Assembly: GCA_964276515.1 (NCBI GenBank)
Contig: OZ193910.1
Location: forward strand, 6,138,001 to 6,202,000
Source of the DNA: Gordius albopunctatus
Lineage: Eukaryota
Length of the DNA stretch: 64,000 nucleotides
Direction: 5' to 3'
This document shows, one piece after another, positions 13,501 to 27,669 of this stretch. How positions within the stretch are numbered: position 1 is the first letter of the stretch; each line of letters starts with the position of its first letter. The notes under the pieces were generated by a model. That model ran no database searches. It worked only from the letters and a program-made list of their open reading frames with translations, and had not been told where the DNA came from. The position numbers and the translations under genes are program-made.

Positions 13501-15680
13501 ATTTAACTTGATTTGAAGATAAGCGTTAGCAAAGTCCAACTTACTAAAATATTTTGCACCTTTTAGATTTGCGAAGATCTCTTCTATTCTGGGTAAGGGG
13601 TAGTTTATTTCTACTACCCACGGGTTAAGAGAAACCCTGTACTCCGCGCAAAGGCGCAAGCTGCCGTCGGGCTTTTTGACGGGTACCAGTGGCGTGGCCC
13701 ATTCGCTATATTCCACCGGCTCGATTATCCCTTGATCTACCCATTGTAGCAAGATTGCTTCTACTTTCTCCCGCCAAACAAATGGTATTCTTCTCGCTGG
13801 CAAAAACCTTGGTACACCGTCTGGCTTCAGTAGGATATCATACTCATATTCCCTTAGACATTCAAGCTCTTCTATAAAGATAGACTTCAACCTTTCCATC
13901 CTCCGCTGTAGACTTCCTGACCAACTATTCAGGGACCGGACTGCATCGCCACCACTCATAAGATTACGAGTGTCGGTAGAAGATGTCGGTTGATCCTCCG
14001 ACTCCACTTTTACCGATAGTCCGTTTATCTCGGCTCCGAGAGAGGTATACTTTAGAGCCCAAGCCATAAATGGCATCCTTAAGGGGTTCCTACCTGCTCC
14101 GCCGAAATCTTTTTCACCCTTTTCCTGTGGTCCACTACATTGAATTTTTTCACACAAGCCTTTAAGCCATTCCCACCCTAATATTGGCCTAATTTCCACT
14201 GACGTGATATAGAGGGGTAAGGTTAACTTATTATTCTTAATAATAATTTTCACTTTTACTTTACCTATTACCGTAATTTCCGACCCATTCACTTGTTTTA
14301 TTTTAATATTAGGTTTTTCCCAGTGTCTATGGGGCCACAATTTTTTAAATTTTGTTTCTCCTATTAGGGTTATGGTAGCACCCGTATCCATTAGAAATTC
14401 CACCTTCTTATTATCCACCCATAAATAAGCTAACGGAATTTTATTTAGATACATCCCTCCCCTTAATCCTACAAAGCTTAAACTATTATCCTCCTTATTT
14501 CCCCTTTTGTCCTCTAGTGCCTTTAGATTTTCTGATACAAGTTTACATTTATCTTGTTTAATAAAAGGGTTCTCCGCGAAGACTTTCTCAGCTGCCATTA
14601 CTCTATCACTACTTTTATTAATTTTTTTTTCTTCAAAAATTTCATTAATTCCTGCTTCCCTATCACTACTTTTATTTATCGCTATTTCCTTAATCCTTTC
14701 ATTTTTCCTTTCTTTCCTTATTTTTAAAGGAAAGCAACATAAGGAGGACTTGCTATCTACTGGAAGGTTTGTTACTGGGGTTGAAAGGGACATTAAATTT
14801 TGTTTGTAAGGCGAAGATTTTATAGAAGAGGAGAATGATCTAAAGGAGGGATATGCATGTGGCATTTGTTGCTTTGAATATTTTATTAAAAGGGAAGGGG
14901 ATAATAACGAGGGCATTTTTATTTTAGGTTTAAAAGAGGGATGTGCATATGGCATATGTGGTTTTGAATATTTTAAAAGAGAAAGGAATATTAATGAGGG
15001 TATTTTTATTTTAGGTTTAGTGAAAGTTACGAAAGTAGACCATGTGCTCATCGAAAGGGACATTAAGGGAGGGATTAGCGGTTTATTAAAGGGAACCGAT
15101 TTGATTAGGGATGGGAAAGTTAGGTTACTATTTTCAGTAATAGGGATGGTGGGAATTCTACGAGGTCTGATATTTAAGTGACAGTTGTTTATTTTACACC
15201 CAAGTTGGATAGGTAATGTTCAACTTATACTTAAGGGAATATCTTCAAAGGGGTCGGGCTGTTTATCAAGGTAAGGGGTTTTGGTCTATTTAGTAGTTAA
15301 GGGGGGGGGGGTTGGAATCTGTAATAGGGGAGAGGATATTGGGTTGTTTAGTAGGGGATGAGGTTTTGGGCTATTTGTTTTGGGAGGGAGTTTTGGGATA
15401 TTTATTTAGGGAGGGGGTTTTGGTCTTGTTATTGGGGAATGAACTGGACTAACTAATTGTAGCAGCCCTTCCTGGTTGCTACCCTTTCTCTACCCTCTTG
15501 CACCTACAACTACAGATGCTTGGGCCCGGTTATTCCCCTCTAGACACCTGTCTTTCACTCATAACATTATTACCGCCTCGGGGTCTTCCTTGTCAACCCC
15601 CTTGCCCTTCTCTCGGGCAGTTTTTTCGGATATGTCCCATTTCCTTACATCCAAAACATTTGGGCTATTCGTTTAACTCT
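10581..15680 (-). mobile_element. Ty3/Gypsy LTR retrotransposon, frameshifted (gag knuckle, protease, RT, RNase H, integrase)
   Basis: CCHC PKCFGCKEMGHIRKNCP at ~15615-15665; protease LMDTGAT and RT YLDD in ORF 13084-15063; RNase H VDAS/TDHKPL and HHCC zinc finger in 12061-13080; integrase core 11440-12060; possible short 3' LTR 10581-10696 after a purine tract. Confidence 0.9.
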
Positions 15681-16293
15681 AGAGCCCCAATTATTTCATT
15701 ATTCTTTTTAATTAGCCAAAATAACACAAATATAACTAAAATTAAACTCAAATCCGACGACCGTGCTTGGAAGTCAAAACTCGGGTCGGAGGAAGTTATC
15801 TTGAAGGGTATGGTTTTGTAGTTGGATAACGTCTTTCCCCACGCACACTCACCCCCTCATCTCTCTCTTATTAATGTGTTAGACGCGTATTTATGCATAA
15901 GCGTTGCCCCCCCCCTCATCTCTATCTCCTCGCTTTATGATATGTATACCCATGGTACAAGTTCCAGCTGTGCTGGCAAGGCAGTTACGCTCGAAGGAGC
16001 GTACTGCAACTTAATTTCTTTTATTCTAGATATTATAACATATTGAATTCGCGTTCATCTTCGCGGATATATTTTCTACGTGACTTATGAAATAAATTGT
16101 GGAGTTCTAATTAAATAGCCTTAACTAGGAATAGTAATAAATTAATATTCAGAGCATATAAGGTATGATGAACATAATAATGGGATTTATAGATAACTTT
16201 CTTAGTAATTGTAAAACTAAAAGTAAATAGTAACGTAACTTAACATTAATCATAATTCTTTAATCATTATTATTTTGTCTTTCTTAGCAGATG

Positions 16294-16437
16294 ATAATAA
16301 GAACTTATGATGTTAATTCAATGAGAGTTCCATGAATAATAAGAACTTATGATGTTGATTCAATGAGAATTCCATGGATAATAAGAACTTATGATGTTAA
16401 TTCAATGAGAATTCAAGGGATAATAATAACTTATGAT
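16294..16437. repeat. 42-bp tandem repeat, ~3.5 copies
   Basis: Unit ATAATAAGAACTTATGATGTTAATTCAATGAGAGTTCCATGA starting at 16294, 16336, 16378, 16420. Confidence 0.9.
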
Positions 16438-17424
16438 ATGAAAAAGGAAACATTATTCTATGGATGTGAGGAGGATATGATTAATCTCAACCTCCATAAA
16501 TTCAGGGGATCCAGTAGGCCAGGAACGCCTTAATACTGTAAATGAAAAATCCACATATCAGATCAACCCCTGCCACTAGCTTCCCCAAAACCCACTTTTA
16601 CAAATCCACAGCCTCAAACCCTCCATATTCCCTCTTATGACAATTACCCCATCTCACCTTCCCAGCTAACCTATTCTTGGAACTGGCTTCCCCAGAACCC
16701 ACTGTGCCAAGTCCACACCCTCATACCTACATATTTCCCCTTCTGATAATTTCCATCCCATCTCACCCTTACAGCTAGCCCCTTCAAGAATTTATGGAAT
16801 GTTCCACATTGTTGATGGAGCACATGGTCGAAGAACAAAACCAGAGGGAGCCTTCATTCTTTAAAGGGAAAGATGTTGTATATGTGAATACGTATATTTG
16901 TATATCATTTTCTACAGATTATATTATTGCTATAATTATATATTTTAATATTGAAACCCAAATCCGAGTTGGTAATTAACATATTTTTTATTCTTATCCT
17001 TATAATTATCCTTTGTTCTGTAGTTTCCACACCCCGGCCCTAGTGATCAATAAATTTATCTTATTATTATTCCTATTATTAGTTTATTATTATTATTTTA
17101 ACAAATGGTGTATTAACTTAACAGTTTTTTTATTATTTGGCCCTTATGTATTTATAACATTTTTGACCGTCTGCTGGCTGCTGGACAATAGAAAAATGAC
17201 CACTAGTCAGAGTGTGAATCGAATTTTTTAACCCTCTTTTTCACTCAGTACTTTAGATTTACCCTTTCTTTTAACATATATATAGTTCTATTATCGCCAT
17301 ATTGTATATTGTTTTATCGCGCGCATGTTTTAATACTTAATAAATTCCAGTTATATCATTTGGCTCTGCGATGACTTTAGAACCGGATTATTCTAAATTG
17401 GAAAAAATATTCCTTAAGGAATTT

Positions 17425-19227
17425 TCTTGTAAAATCTCGTTTGAAACTATAATAAATTTTGGAGTTGATTTTTATAGCCGGTTTCCGACCTGATGCCAAT
17501 CCTCCACTTTTTTGCACACGGACTTGGGACCGTAGTAGAGGGGGCGATAGGCTTATGTACAAATTGGCCAAGATAAGGGAGAAGAAAAGTCGAGATGTCG
17601 GAGTTCTTAAAATAGTCAAAAGCGAGAAGGGTCAAACCTTATTCAAGCCGAAGAAAGTGATGGAAAGGTGGAAAGGATATTTTAAGAAACTTATGAATAT
17701 TGCAAATGACAAGGATTCCCTTCCCGAAATTGAGCCAAATATAAATATGGTCGAACTCTTTCAGAAGGATGAAGTTAGGACACAAATGAAGAAGATGCAA
17801 AAAGGAAAAGCAAATGGCCCAGATGGAATACCTATGGAAGCATTGGTGGGATGTCGTGAAGAAGGAGTCACCACCATGAAGAATCTCCTTAACAAGATAT
17901 TGGTAAAAGAGCGAATCCCTAATCCATGGAGAGCAAGCACGATTATACCCTTATTCAAAGGCAAAGGAGATCCTCAGTACTGCGGCAATTACAGAGGTAT
18001 CAAGCTAACTTGCCACTCCTTGAAGTTTATGGAAAGAATCTTAGTAACAAGGCTGAAAAACGAGGTGGAAATATCGGCTAATCAATTCGGATTCGTGGCC
18101 GGCAAATCCACAATCGACCCAATCTTCGCCCTAAGACAAATGATGGATAAGTATGGTGAAAAGAGGAAAGACCTACATATGGTTTTTATCGACTTGGAGA
18201 AAGCTTATGACACGGTCCCCCGCGATTTAATAGGGTGGTGCCTGAGGAAACAAAATATCCCTGACGCATATATACGGCGTGTGAAAAATATCTATGAAGC
18301 CTCAAACTCTTGCGTTAGGACGACAGTTGGACACTCTAAACCTTTTCGGGTTAATATTGGATTACATCAAGGCTTTGCTTTAAGTCCCTTTTTATTTAAT
18401 ATAATTATAGACACGATAACGAGGGACTTTCAAAAGCCACTATATGCCGATTATATAGTACTATGCGAGGAAATAAGGGAGAAGGTATTCGAAGAATCAG
18501 AAAAGTGGTCAAAGCGCTTAGCTGGATATGGTTTAAAGGTCAACTATCGAAAAACGGTATACATGGAAATGAACGGTACAAGCACCCCATCGCTGGAGGA
18601 CCAACTAAAGTACCTAAAAGTAGACAGGTTTACTTACCTCGGCTCTATGCTACATCAAGAGGGCGGTTGCGCAACTGAAATCAATGCCCGGATTCAAAAA
18701 GGATGGCTTAAATGGCGAAGTATATCCGGTGTAATGTGCGACAAGAAAATACCAATATGGTTGAAGAGCAAAACTTACAAATCCATCGTAAGACCGGTGT
18801 TACTCTATGGAGGTGAAACATGGGAATTAAACACCACAGAAGGAAGGCTATTACAAGCCACGGAGATGAGAATGATACGGTGGAGCTTGGGGTATACTAA
18901 GATCGACCATATGACGAATTACTTTCTCATTACAAAAATGGGTATTCAACCTATGGCGGACATGATTAACGAAAATCGGCTAAGGTGGTATGGGCATATA
19001 CTAAGAAGGGACACGGATGACGTAAATCAAAAAGTGCTAGACATGGAAATACCGGGGAAGAGAGGAAGAGGACGACCCCGTGTCACGTGGAAAAGGCAAG
19101 TCGATAAAGTTATGGAAACTAAAGAGATTAGTCAAGACATGGAACTAACCCGGTCAAGATGGAAGAGACTCATCAAAACAAACCCAACCAATGTGGGACC
19201 AAATAACTGATAAAGAAGAAGAAGAGG
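17425..19227 (+). mobile_element. RTE/BovB-type LINE copy with 5' inversion and internal deletion
   Basis: RT ORF to 19210 (YADD mutated to YADY); (GAA)n tail; 16-bp TSD ATTCCTTAAGGAATTT (17409-17424, 19228-19243); first ~112 bp inverted relative to the copy at 35467-38820. Confidence 0.9.
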
Positions 19228-20479
19228 ATTCCTTAAGGAATTTGATTCCAGCAGCAAGAATATCGAACACTATTAGATTACGTGGACACTTGCCTTTATA
19301 TTATAGGACTATCATCCGATGTGGCAAGGAAAATGTTAATCAGATAATTTATAGGTACGGCCAATTTAATGAAACTGTCTCAATTTTTATATCCAAAACT
19401 TTTTAAGGATGCCATATGGGATGAAATTGTCTGTGATTTGCGTAAAGTTTTTAAAAATAAAACCTCGACATTTGCGGCGAGAATGGAACTTATGCGCTCG
19501 AAAAAGGCTCTGATGAGTCGGTATTGGATTATTATCGCAAAATCAATTCAATAGTACAAAATTGCAACTTTAAGGTAGATATAGAAACGCGTATCCGAGA
19601 TCAGCTGATTTTTGGAGTTGATCTTAAACGTTTAGAACTCGAAATTTGTACACATTTTCCCAAATGTGAAGAGAATGATGTTAGTCTCTCACACTGCAAA
19701 TGGTGCTGGAAATGGCACTGACTCAAGAAAATGTTCCTTTGATTAAAAAAATATCAAGGACGCAAGACGACAAGTCTTTTAAAACCGACAAGATTTTTAA
19801 ATGCCAACGTTGCAACAGGAATCATCGACCAAATCAGTGTCCCGCCTTCATGGCGTATTGCAGAAAGTGTAATAGGAGGGGACATTACGCCCGGTGTTGT
19901 AAAGACGATTCCAAGGTGCAGCAAGTATATATAACCGGGAAATATAATGATGCCGTTTCTATGGATCAATATGCCAGATTAATCGTCGAGGGCGTCGTGC
20001 CACGATTAGAGTGAAAATCAACGATCTCTGGACAGTAATGGATTTTGACACAGGGGCGCAGGTGTCTGTAATTAATGCATCGTTATGGAAAGAAATCGGC
20101 CGGCCCGTACTTAGATAGGCGATACCACCTCTAGTATACGGTTGTACAGTTCTAGAAGTATTGGTTGAATCAACGGTGAATGTTCAAGTGGGCAAGCAAA
20201 CGAAATTTTTAACAGTCGTGGTTTGGTTTATCATGGAGTTAAGCTTTTAATTTATCACTTAAACCCAATGGTTGAAGTTCATAATGTAAGTAGTTTAAAC
20301 AATCAAACCTCGATTACTTGTCAAGAAAATGCTTGGCTACGAGACGAGTTGGCTAAAACCCAACAAAAGCTGATGGCTAGCGAACAGAACGTGGCTGCGT
20401 TGGAAGAAATGGGCAAACACTTGGAATACATGGCAAACATTAAGAAATACGATTAAGACAAAAATTTGGGAGTTTACTA

Positions 20480-21885
20480 TTATTTGAGGCATAAAAACTT
20501 CTAGATAACTGATTATTTAGATTTAATCTATTATGGTGTCATTAAATATTCTATTGTACTTTTGAAATTGTTAGGCGGACGCTCAAAAATCTCGAGCCAC
20601 CTTAGCTTAACTTGTTTAATTATTCAAGCTGATCGAGCACCAATTTATAATTACCGCATAATGCAGGGTGAATAACTGCGAAATTTTATTAATATTTACT
20701 ATTCCATCAGAACTTTTTCTAAGCTTAAAATTGTGTAATATTTAATAGTGCTATGGATACAAATATGTGATAAAGCTATTATAAAATTATTCACATACCC
20801 TAAGGGTCAACTATACTTAGGTAAATAATTGCCAAATTTTAAATTTTTTCCAAAAATATATAATACTAGCTGTGCCCGGCCAAGCGTTGCTTTGGCTCAG
20901 TCCTTAAGTGGTTAAATAAGTATAATCTATTAATAAGACTTATCTAAAATGGGGTCATATATGAAATAATAATTCAAATAAATAAAATATCCATAATATT
21001 TATTTAGAGCACGAATTTTATCACGTCATGGATTTTATGAACCCACTATTTTTAATATATATATAATAAGACAAACCAAATGCGAATTATGTTTTAGTCA
21101 TCAAATCCGACTAAAATTTAATGTTTTTGAAAATATTGCTGATTAATGCTGTTACTTATTATACAATAATACCATTATTTTATTTTTCTAGTTAGCTGAT
21201 TTATTTGAAATACAATTTTCTTTAATATAATAAAATAATTAATTGAAGGATGAATAATTATTAAAAATATGCTTCTATAATCGACCACGTGATAATAATT
21301 TAAATTTTATTTATTTAATTTAAATAGTTTATTAAACCCCAATAATTTTGACCGTATACTGTATCATTTTTATTATACTTTTAAATATCTAATTCGAGAA
21401 AACTTCAGCCTTGTATGTATGACGTCATTATTGTATATGCTGCTATAAATTAAACTGGCCGGGAAATGTCCGATATTTTTAAAACGAAAAGATATTTTAG
21501 GAATCTGAAAAAGCTATTTTACCCCTGGCATCCCTGGGCATCTACGGCTAAATTTTCGTGCGAATCGTGCCGGTAGTTTCAGAATTAAGCCCTTACATAC
21601 ATATATACATACATACACTTTACTTTATATATATAGATTAACTACACTTAGGAATTTTTTAATATTAAATATATTCCATACATAAATCATGCAAGTTAAA
21701 ATACACAATAATTTACTAAAAACTAACGATCAATAAAAAGTCGAGATCTCGCCGAAAAAATCTCGTATCGTCTCGTCTCGATATCAAAGTTCTCGTCTCA
21801 ATCTCGACTCCATTTTTCAAATTCTCATCTCGTCTCGGTTTTTCGAGACGAGACCATGATTTTTCTCGGTTTTTCGGCATCACTA
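20480..21885 (-). mobile_element. Truncated copy of the TAGTG hAT MITE
   Basis: Ends GCATCACTA at 21885; GAGAC repeats; colinear with 38930-39565 and the reverse of 2451-2880; left boundary approximate. Confidence 0.8.
20866..21637 (-). mobile_element. Non-autonomous Helitron
   Basis: On - strand starts TCTATATATATAAAG and ends with a hairpin (GCCAAAGCAACGCTTGGC) then CTAG; inserted between A and T with no TSD; empty site visible in the MITE copy at ~2700-2725. Confidence 0.9.
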
Positions 21886-22028
21886 ACCATAGGACATCAA
21901 ACCTAACGCTCAGAGATCTCGTGTTCGAAGATAATCAGACAGACTCAGACGGTGCTAATAACGGAACTAGTATATACGGCCAATCGGGAAGCAGCAATGG
22001 GTCGGGTTCCATCTTAAATTCTGGTTAG

Positions 22029-22433
<405 letters not shown>

Positions 22434-24061
22434 TAAAGGCAGGAGTATTCCTTCCTAAGCAAACGGGATGGGTGTGAAAGAAATCGAGTCAAGGTTAGCA
22501 TGAGGGTTTCATTGCAACAAGAACGGAACCGTTGTCCTACTAAGTGTAAGCGGACGGAAGGCTATTGCGGAAGCATGTCGGCCAACTAAGCAAGAGATTC
22601 TTAGATACACAAGAGCTGGTGGCAAGTGTACAACCGTCAGTTAAGCCTAACCCATCTTCAATACTTATTGAGGAAATATAACTAAAAACCAAAAAGAAAA
22701 GGAGGACATATGTTATATATTTGAATATTGTATTTTAATATTTATTCCAAACAAGACGATTGATTGTTTCGTACTTTAGATTTACCCTTTGTTCTAATTC
22801 ATATATTGTATATAGTTCTATTATCGCCATATTGTATATTGTTCTATCGCGCGCATGTTTTAATGCTTAATAAATTCCAGTTATATCACCCTCCCCCCTT
22901 TTTTTACCCTCTCGTTTACCCAGGGAGGAGGGGCTGTATATCTTATGTATAAATTTTTTTACTATTGGATTAACAAATCGATAAAATTTTATAATTTGAA
23001 CCAACACGAATAATCAAAGGGCATAATAATTGTCATAAATGAGCCTGTTGCTATTCCTCCTTCCCCTTTGTGACTAACGATAGTTTTATGATTTATGTAG
23101 CGTATTTATTACCTAGCGTTTGTAGCTATTTTTAATTATCGTTTTTTGTAACTATTTTTTTGGATAAAAAAAAAATTTTTTTGAAATCGAATGTTTGTTG
23201 TGCTTTTACTTGTTACAGATAAGAATTAGTCGAAAGATAAAAATAATTTATAATTTGTGTAATAATTACAAGGGCTTAAGAACATTATATTTTTGGAGGG
23301 GCATAACAAAAACACCAAGCTTAGATACAGTTTATTTGATATTGTAACCCTCCCTTCCCCTTACCCCCCCCCCCAAAAAAAAAAAATATTCCCTGCGTAC
23401 GCACCTGGCCTAATTGTTATAATAAAAGTTGAATGTCCTGTCCGGTAATCGTTTCTTATTAGCTTATCAAAGTCTTTAATTTAATATTAGTACACTTTAT
23501 AGATAGGATAGCTTAGAGATTAACAAGTTTGACTTCACTGCAGGCACAACAACAGCACACATCGTGTTGATGATGATGTGATGACAATAACAACTAGCTA
23601 ATAACACTCCCTTAGCATATATCAAAGGGTCCATCGGGTCCTTATGAAAAAATAATAGACTAGCTAATGGCCGGTATTTAATACACCCACACTCAATGTC
23701 TTCACCAGAAAAGGAGACTAACAGTGTGGGTGTGGCTCTTTTTCTTAAGACTATAATACCCCCTCAGCACACCCTAGGGCGCGCTATCTAGCGCGCCCAT
23801 CACAACACTAGGTGCAACCTTTACAATTTACTTATGTGTGAATCACATTTAATTTGTTAAATTTATGCAATAAACCATTTAGTACACAAATGTTTAAAAA
23901 TATTACTTTAAATCAATTCAAGAGCTATATTTGGGTGCAACCTTTACAATTTACTTATGTTAATATCTACAAACAATACAGTCTTAATAAAGTTTATCGA
24001 TTTAAAATTTTATATAATTACAAATAACATCTAAAAATTCAAACCATCTATTTTCTTTGAA

Positions 24062-24240
24062 TCTATATATATAAAGTAAAGTGTATGTATATATGTATGT
24101 AAGGGCTAAATTCTGAAACTACTTGCCCGATTCGCACGAAACTTTACCCGTAGGTTCCCAGGCGGTCAGGGGTAAAATAGCTTTTTTAGATTCCTAAAAT
24201 TCCTTTTAGTTTTAAAAATATCGAACATTTCCCGGTTTTA
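24062..24240 (+). mobile_element. 5' fragment of the same Helitron family
   Basis: TCTATATATATAAAGTAAAGTGTATG start and shared ~130-bp unit. Confidence 0.75.
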
Positions 24241-24849
24241 TACGTTTTGACGTTTGATAAAATATCAATCAAACGCAACCTCATGACGTACTGCGTATCT
24301 ATCGTGTTCTTTGAAAATTTGAATATACAGTTCTTGAATAAAAGTGTATCACTTATAGTATTTTCTAGACCGTCATGCGTGTAGGGTAGTGTGATAAATG
24401 TAGGCATGTGCTGCGGAAAATGGAAACATTTTACGATTTGAAATATTAAATCAAAGTCATTTTTTTGCTTATTTTTCACGTCAATTATTATAATAGGACG
24501 GTCATTAAAAAATCTCATTTTATCGTTTTTTGCGCGTTAAATAAGGAGAAAAATGAAATACTTTTAACAAAGTACCAATAAATGTTTATATATATCAGTT
24601 CTTCGGACATTATTAAGTTCCGAATTAAAAGTTTTATTCAGAAACAAATAATTATAATTATGATATTGTTTCTTAATTACAAAAAATTTTAAAAAATTGC
24701 TTAAAGGGCCAGGGGGGCCAAAGATTTTTCCCTTGGGGGGGGGCATGGGGCCCGGTTTTTTCTCTTGGGTGGGTCTGGGATTTGTATAATTTTTTTCCAT
24801 ATTTCTCTGGTTTTATTTTAAAGTTTGGATAAAACACTAAATATTTAGA

Positions 24850-25430
24850 TGTGGCTGCTTTACTAATTTCTTCATGGCATTATAAAATCCTTCCATCAAC
24901 ATCTGTTTTCCTGAGATATGGTGTATTGCAAATTTAGTAGTTCCAAAGATAAACAAGCTATTGTCCAAATTTTCTAACAAAAAGGGAGTTCCATTCTTCA
25001 GATAGTGGCAGTCTTGGGCAATATTATCTCTTCAATAGTTCTTGAAATTTTTGGTCTATTTGTATGCAATGTTCTCTTCATTGTTTGTTTCATTGGCTTA
25101 AAAGATGGTTGAGCATGTGGATATTGCCATATATCTTCCACTTCTTTACATCTTTGCTTAAGTACATCGTTGTATACCTAATAGAATTAATAATTCTCTA
25201 ATTTTAAATACGTTAGGATTACCTTAGATATTGATTCCAAAGGATTATTATTAATGGCATCCTTTAATTTATACCTTGTCACTAAATATTGATACTCATC
25301 AGTTTCAGGTTCATAGTTGTGATTATTTCTTAATTTAGCTATATTTTTAAAATATATTCATCTTCAAGGGCATTTTGTATTTCTGCATCTATAGTAAGTT
25401 GTGATCTGTGTAGTTTTGTCAAAGCGTCAA
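24850..25430 (-). pseudogene. FLYWCH zinc finger / MULE-like transposase relic with a short intron
   Basis: TYYRCRNTKCP...HNYEP...ESISK, a 45-nt GT-AG intron (25178-25222), then VYNDV...PSFKPMKQTMKR...GTPFLL...FIFGT; contains stops and a frameshift. Confidence 0.55.
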
Positions 25431-26051
25431 GATTAATTTTCCTTTTTGGGATGGCAAAAATTTTATATCTAAATTATTTGGGGGTTATACTAATTAAAAC
25501 TAAAAAATCTACTTTGTGAATTTTAAGCTAGTGCAGGGGTTGGTTGATTATCAGCCTGTAGATTCCGTATAATTGTAGAGATGTTTTCAAGAAGTTTGGT
25601 ATTTGTTCCATTTAGTTATTAATTTGATGCTAAATTCATAAATAAAGCTATATTATGTTACTTGGTGCAGGGGTTGGTTGATCATTACCCTGTGTAGGGG
25701 TCTTCTCATTAGCTTCTAGTAAGCAATTCTCAGTAATTACTCTTTCATTTGATGCTAAAATTTTATAAGTAAAGCTATATTATGTTACCTTGAATACAAT
25801 TTTCAGAATGCTCAGTTGTGACTATGAAATTACTATTCTTCAGTATAATCTTTCCTGGGCAATGACATATAGTACATTGCCTGCACTTGTAATATACCTG
25901 TCCAAGTTTTCGATCTCTAATTTTGGTATAATCCAAGTTAGGTCAGAATCAAATTTTTTCTTTTCGACTTTTTAAATTCTAAAGATAATTTATAAATATT
26001 TAGATATTAAGCTTACTTATATTTTCTGTATTATCTTGATTTGTTCTCTCA

Positions 26052-26584
26052 ACCAAGACGAGAATTTTTACCTCGAGACGAGACGATACGAGATTTTATC
26101 AGCGAGATTTGTATTTGCAATATAAATAAAGATCATATTTTAAAAGTATACTCTGGCATTTTTGTCATTATTTTAACGTTATTTTATAAGAACTTAATAA
26201 ATCCATTATGTTAAAATATGATATTATTAAACTTTATCCTTTTAACGCGCCTTAGCCAGGAAATAAAGTTTATTAATTAGCAACTTTTTACCTTCGAGTC
26301 AAGTAGTATGTAACACCTATGAATGCTTCCTACCTTAAGTTATTCATCTAGCCTGTGTTTTGGGGTTTTCGATAAAAAATTGGTATCATTATAACCAATT
26401 TACATCTTATATAATAATTTATAAGTGCCAAAAAATATATATGCTATGATTATTTTTAAAAGTCGAGACCAGACGAGAATTCTCGCCGAGGCGAGACGAG
26501 ATTTTTCTAGACCGAGACGAGATTGAAATAATCGCACTAGAGACGAGATTTTGCTTTCGAGATCGAGACGAGATCGAAACACTT
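26052..26584 (+). mobile_element. Partial TAGTG-family hAT MITE
   Basis: GAGACGAGA repeats and terminal GATCGAAACAC as at 3448-3458. Confidence 0.65.
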
Positions 26585-27086
26585 CATATTTTTACCCTTT
26601 CAAGTCAACCGACAACCGGTCAGCCTAACAACAACCACCTAATCTCACCTAAACGCACCTAATCTCACCATTTAATGCATTATATTTGGTATTTATAGCT
26701 TTTCATATTTATTATAAGAGTTATAAAATTATGCAAATTTAACCTAAGCTCACCAAACTACTGGTCAGCCGAACTACAACCACCTAATCTCACAAACACT
26801 CAATCTCACCTAAACGCACTTAATCTGACCATTTTATGCATTATATTTAAGTAGTTTAATGTTGTGATATTTATAGCTTTTTATATTTATTATAAAAGTT
26901 ATAACATTATGCAAATTTAATTTTAGAATCGTATTTTCATATGTTTTCTCAGTTGACTCGGATTCATTTTTTACAATATGTTATTTGGCGCCTACATGCT
27001 CAAGTCCTACATGCTCAAGTGCCAACTGCTCATCAGTTATATCGTTAATAGATTATTAACGATCGTTAATAACTTTGAGCAGTTGG

Positions 27087-27474
27087 TATGTATGTATGTA
27101 TGTATGTATGTATGTATGTATGTATGTATGTATGTATGTATGTATGTATGTATGTATGTATGTATGTATGTATGTATGTATGTATGTATGTATGTATGTA
27201 TGTATGTATGTATGTATGTATGTATGTATTTATGTATGTATGTATGTATGTATGTATGTATGTATGTATGTATGTATGTATGTATGTATGTATGTATGTA
27301 TGTATGTATGTATGTATGTATGTATGTATGTATGTATGTATGTATGTATGTATGTATGTATGTATGTATGTATGTATGTATGTATGTATGTATGTATGTA
27401 TGTATGTATGTATGTATGTATGTATGTATGTATGTATGTATGTATGTATGTATGTATGTATGTATGTATGTATG

Positions 27475-27505
<31 letters not shown>

Positions 27506-27638
27506 GTATGTATGTATGTATGTATGTATGTATGTATGTATGTATGTATGTATGTATGTATGTATGTATGTATGTATGTATGTATGTATGTATGTATGTA
27601 TGTATGTATGTATGTATGTATGTATGTATGTATGTATG

Positions 27639-27669
<31 letters not shown>

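Noticed and set aside
16294..16437. Possible CRISPR-like array
   Set aside because: Contiguous tandem units with no unique spacers, eukaryotic context, no cas genes
17459..19210. 583-aa ORF as a functional or domesticated RT
   Set aside because: Non-ATG start created by the inversion; 5-codon deletion and YADD changed to YADY
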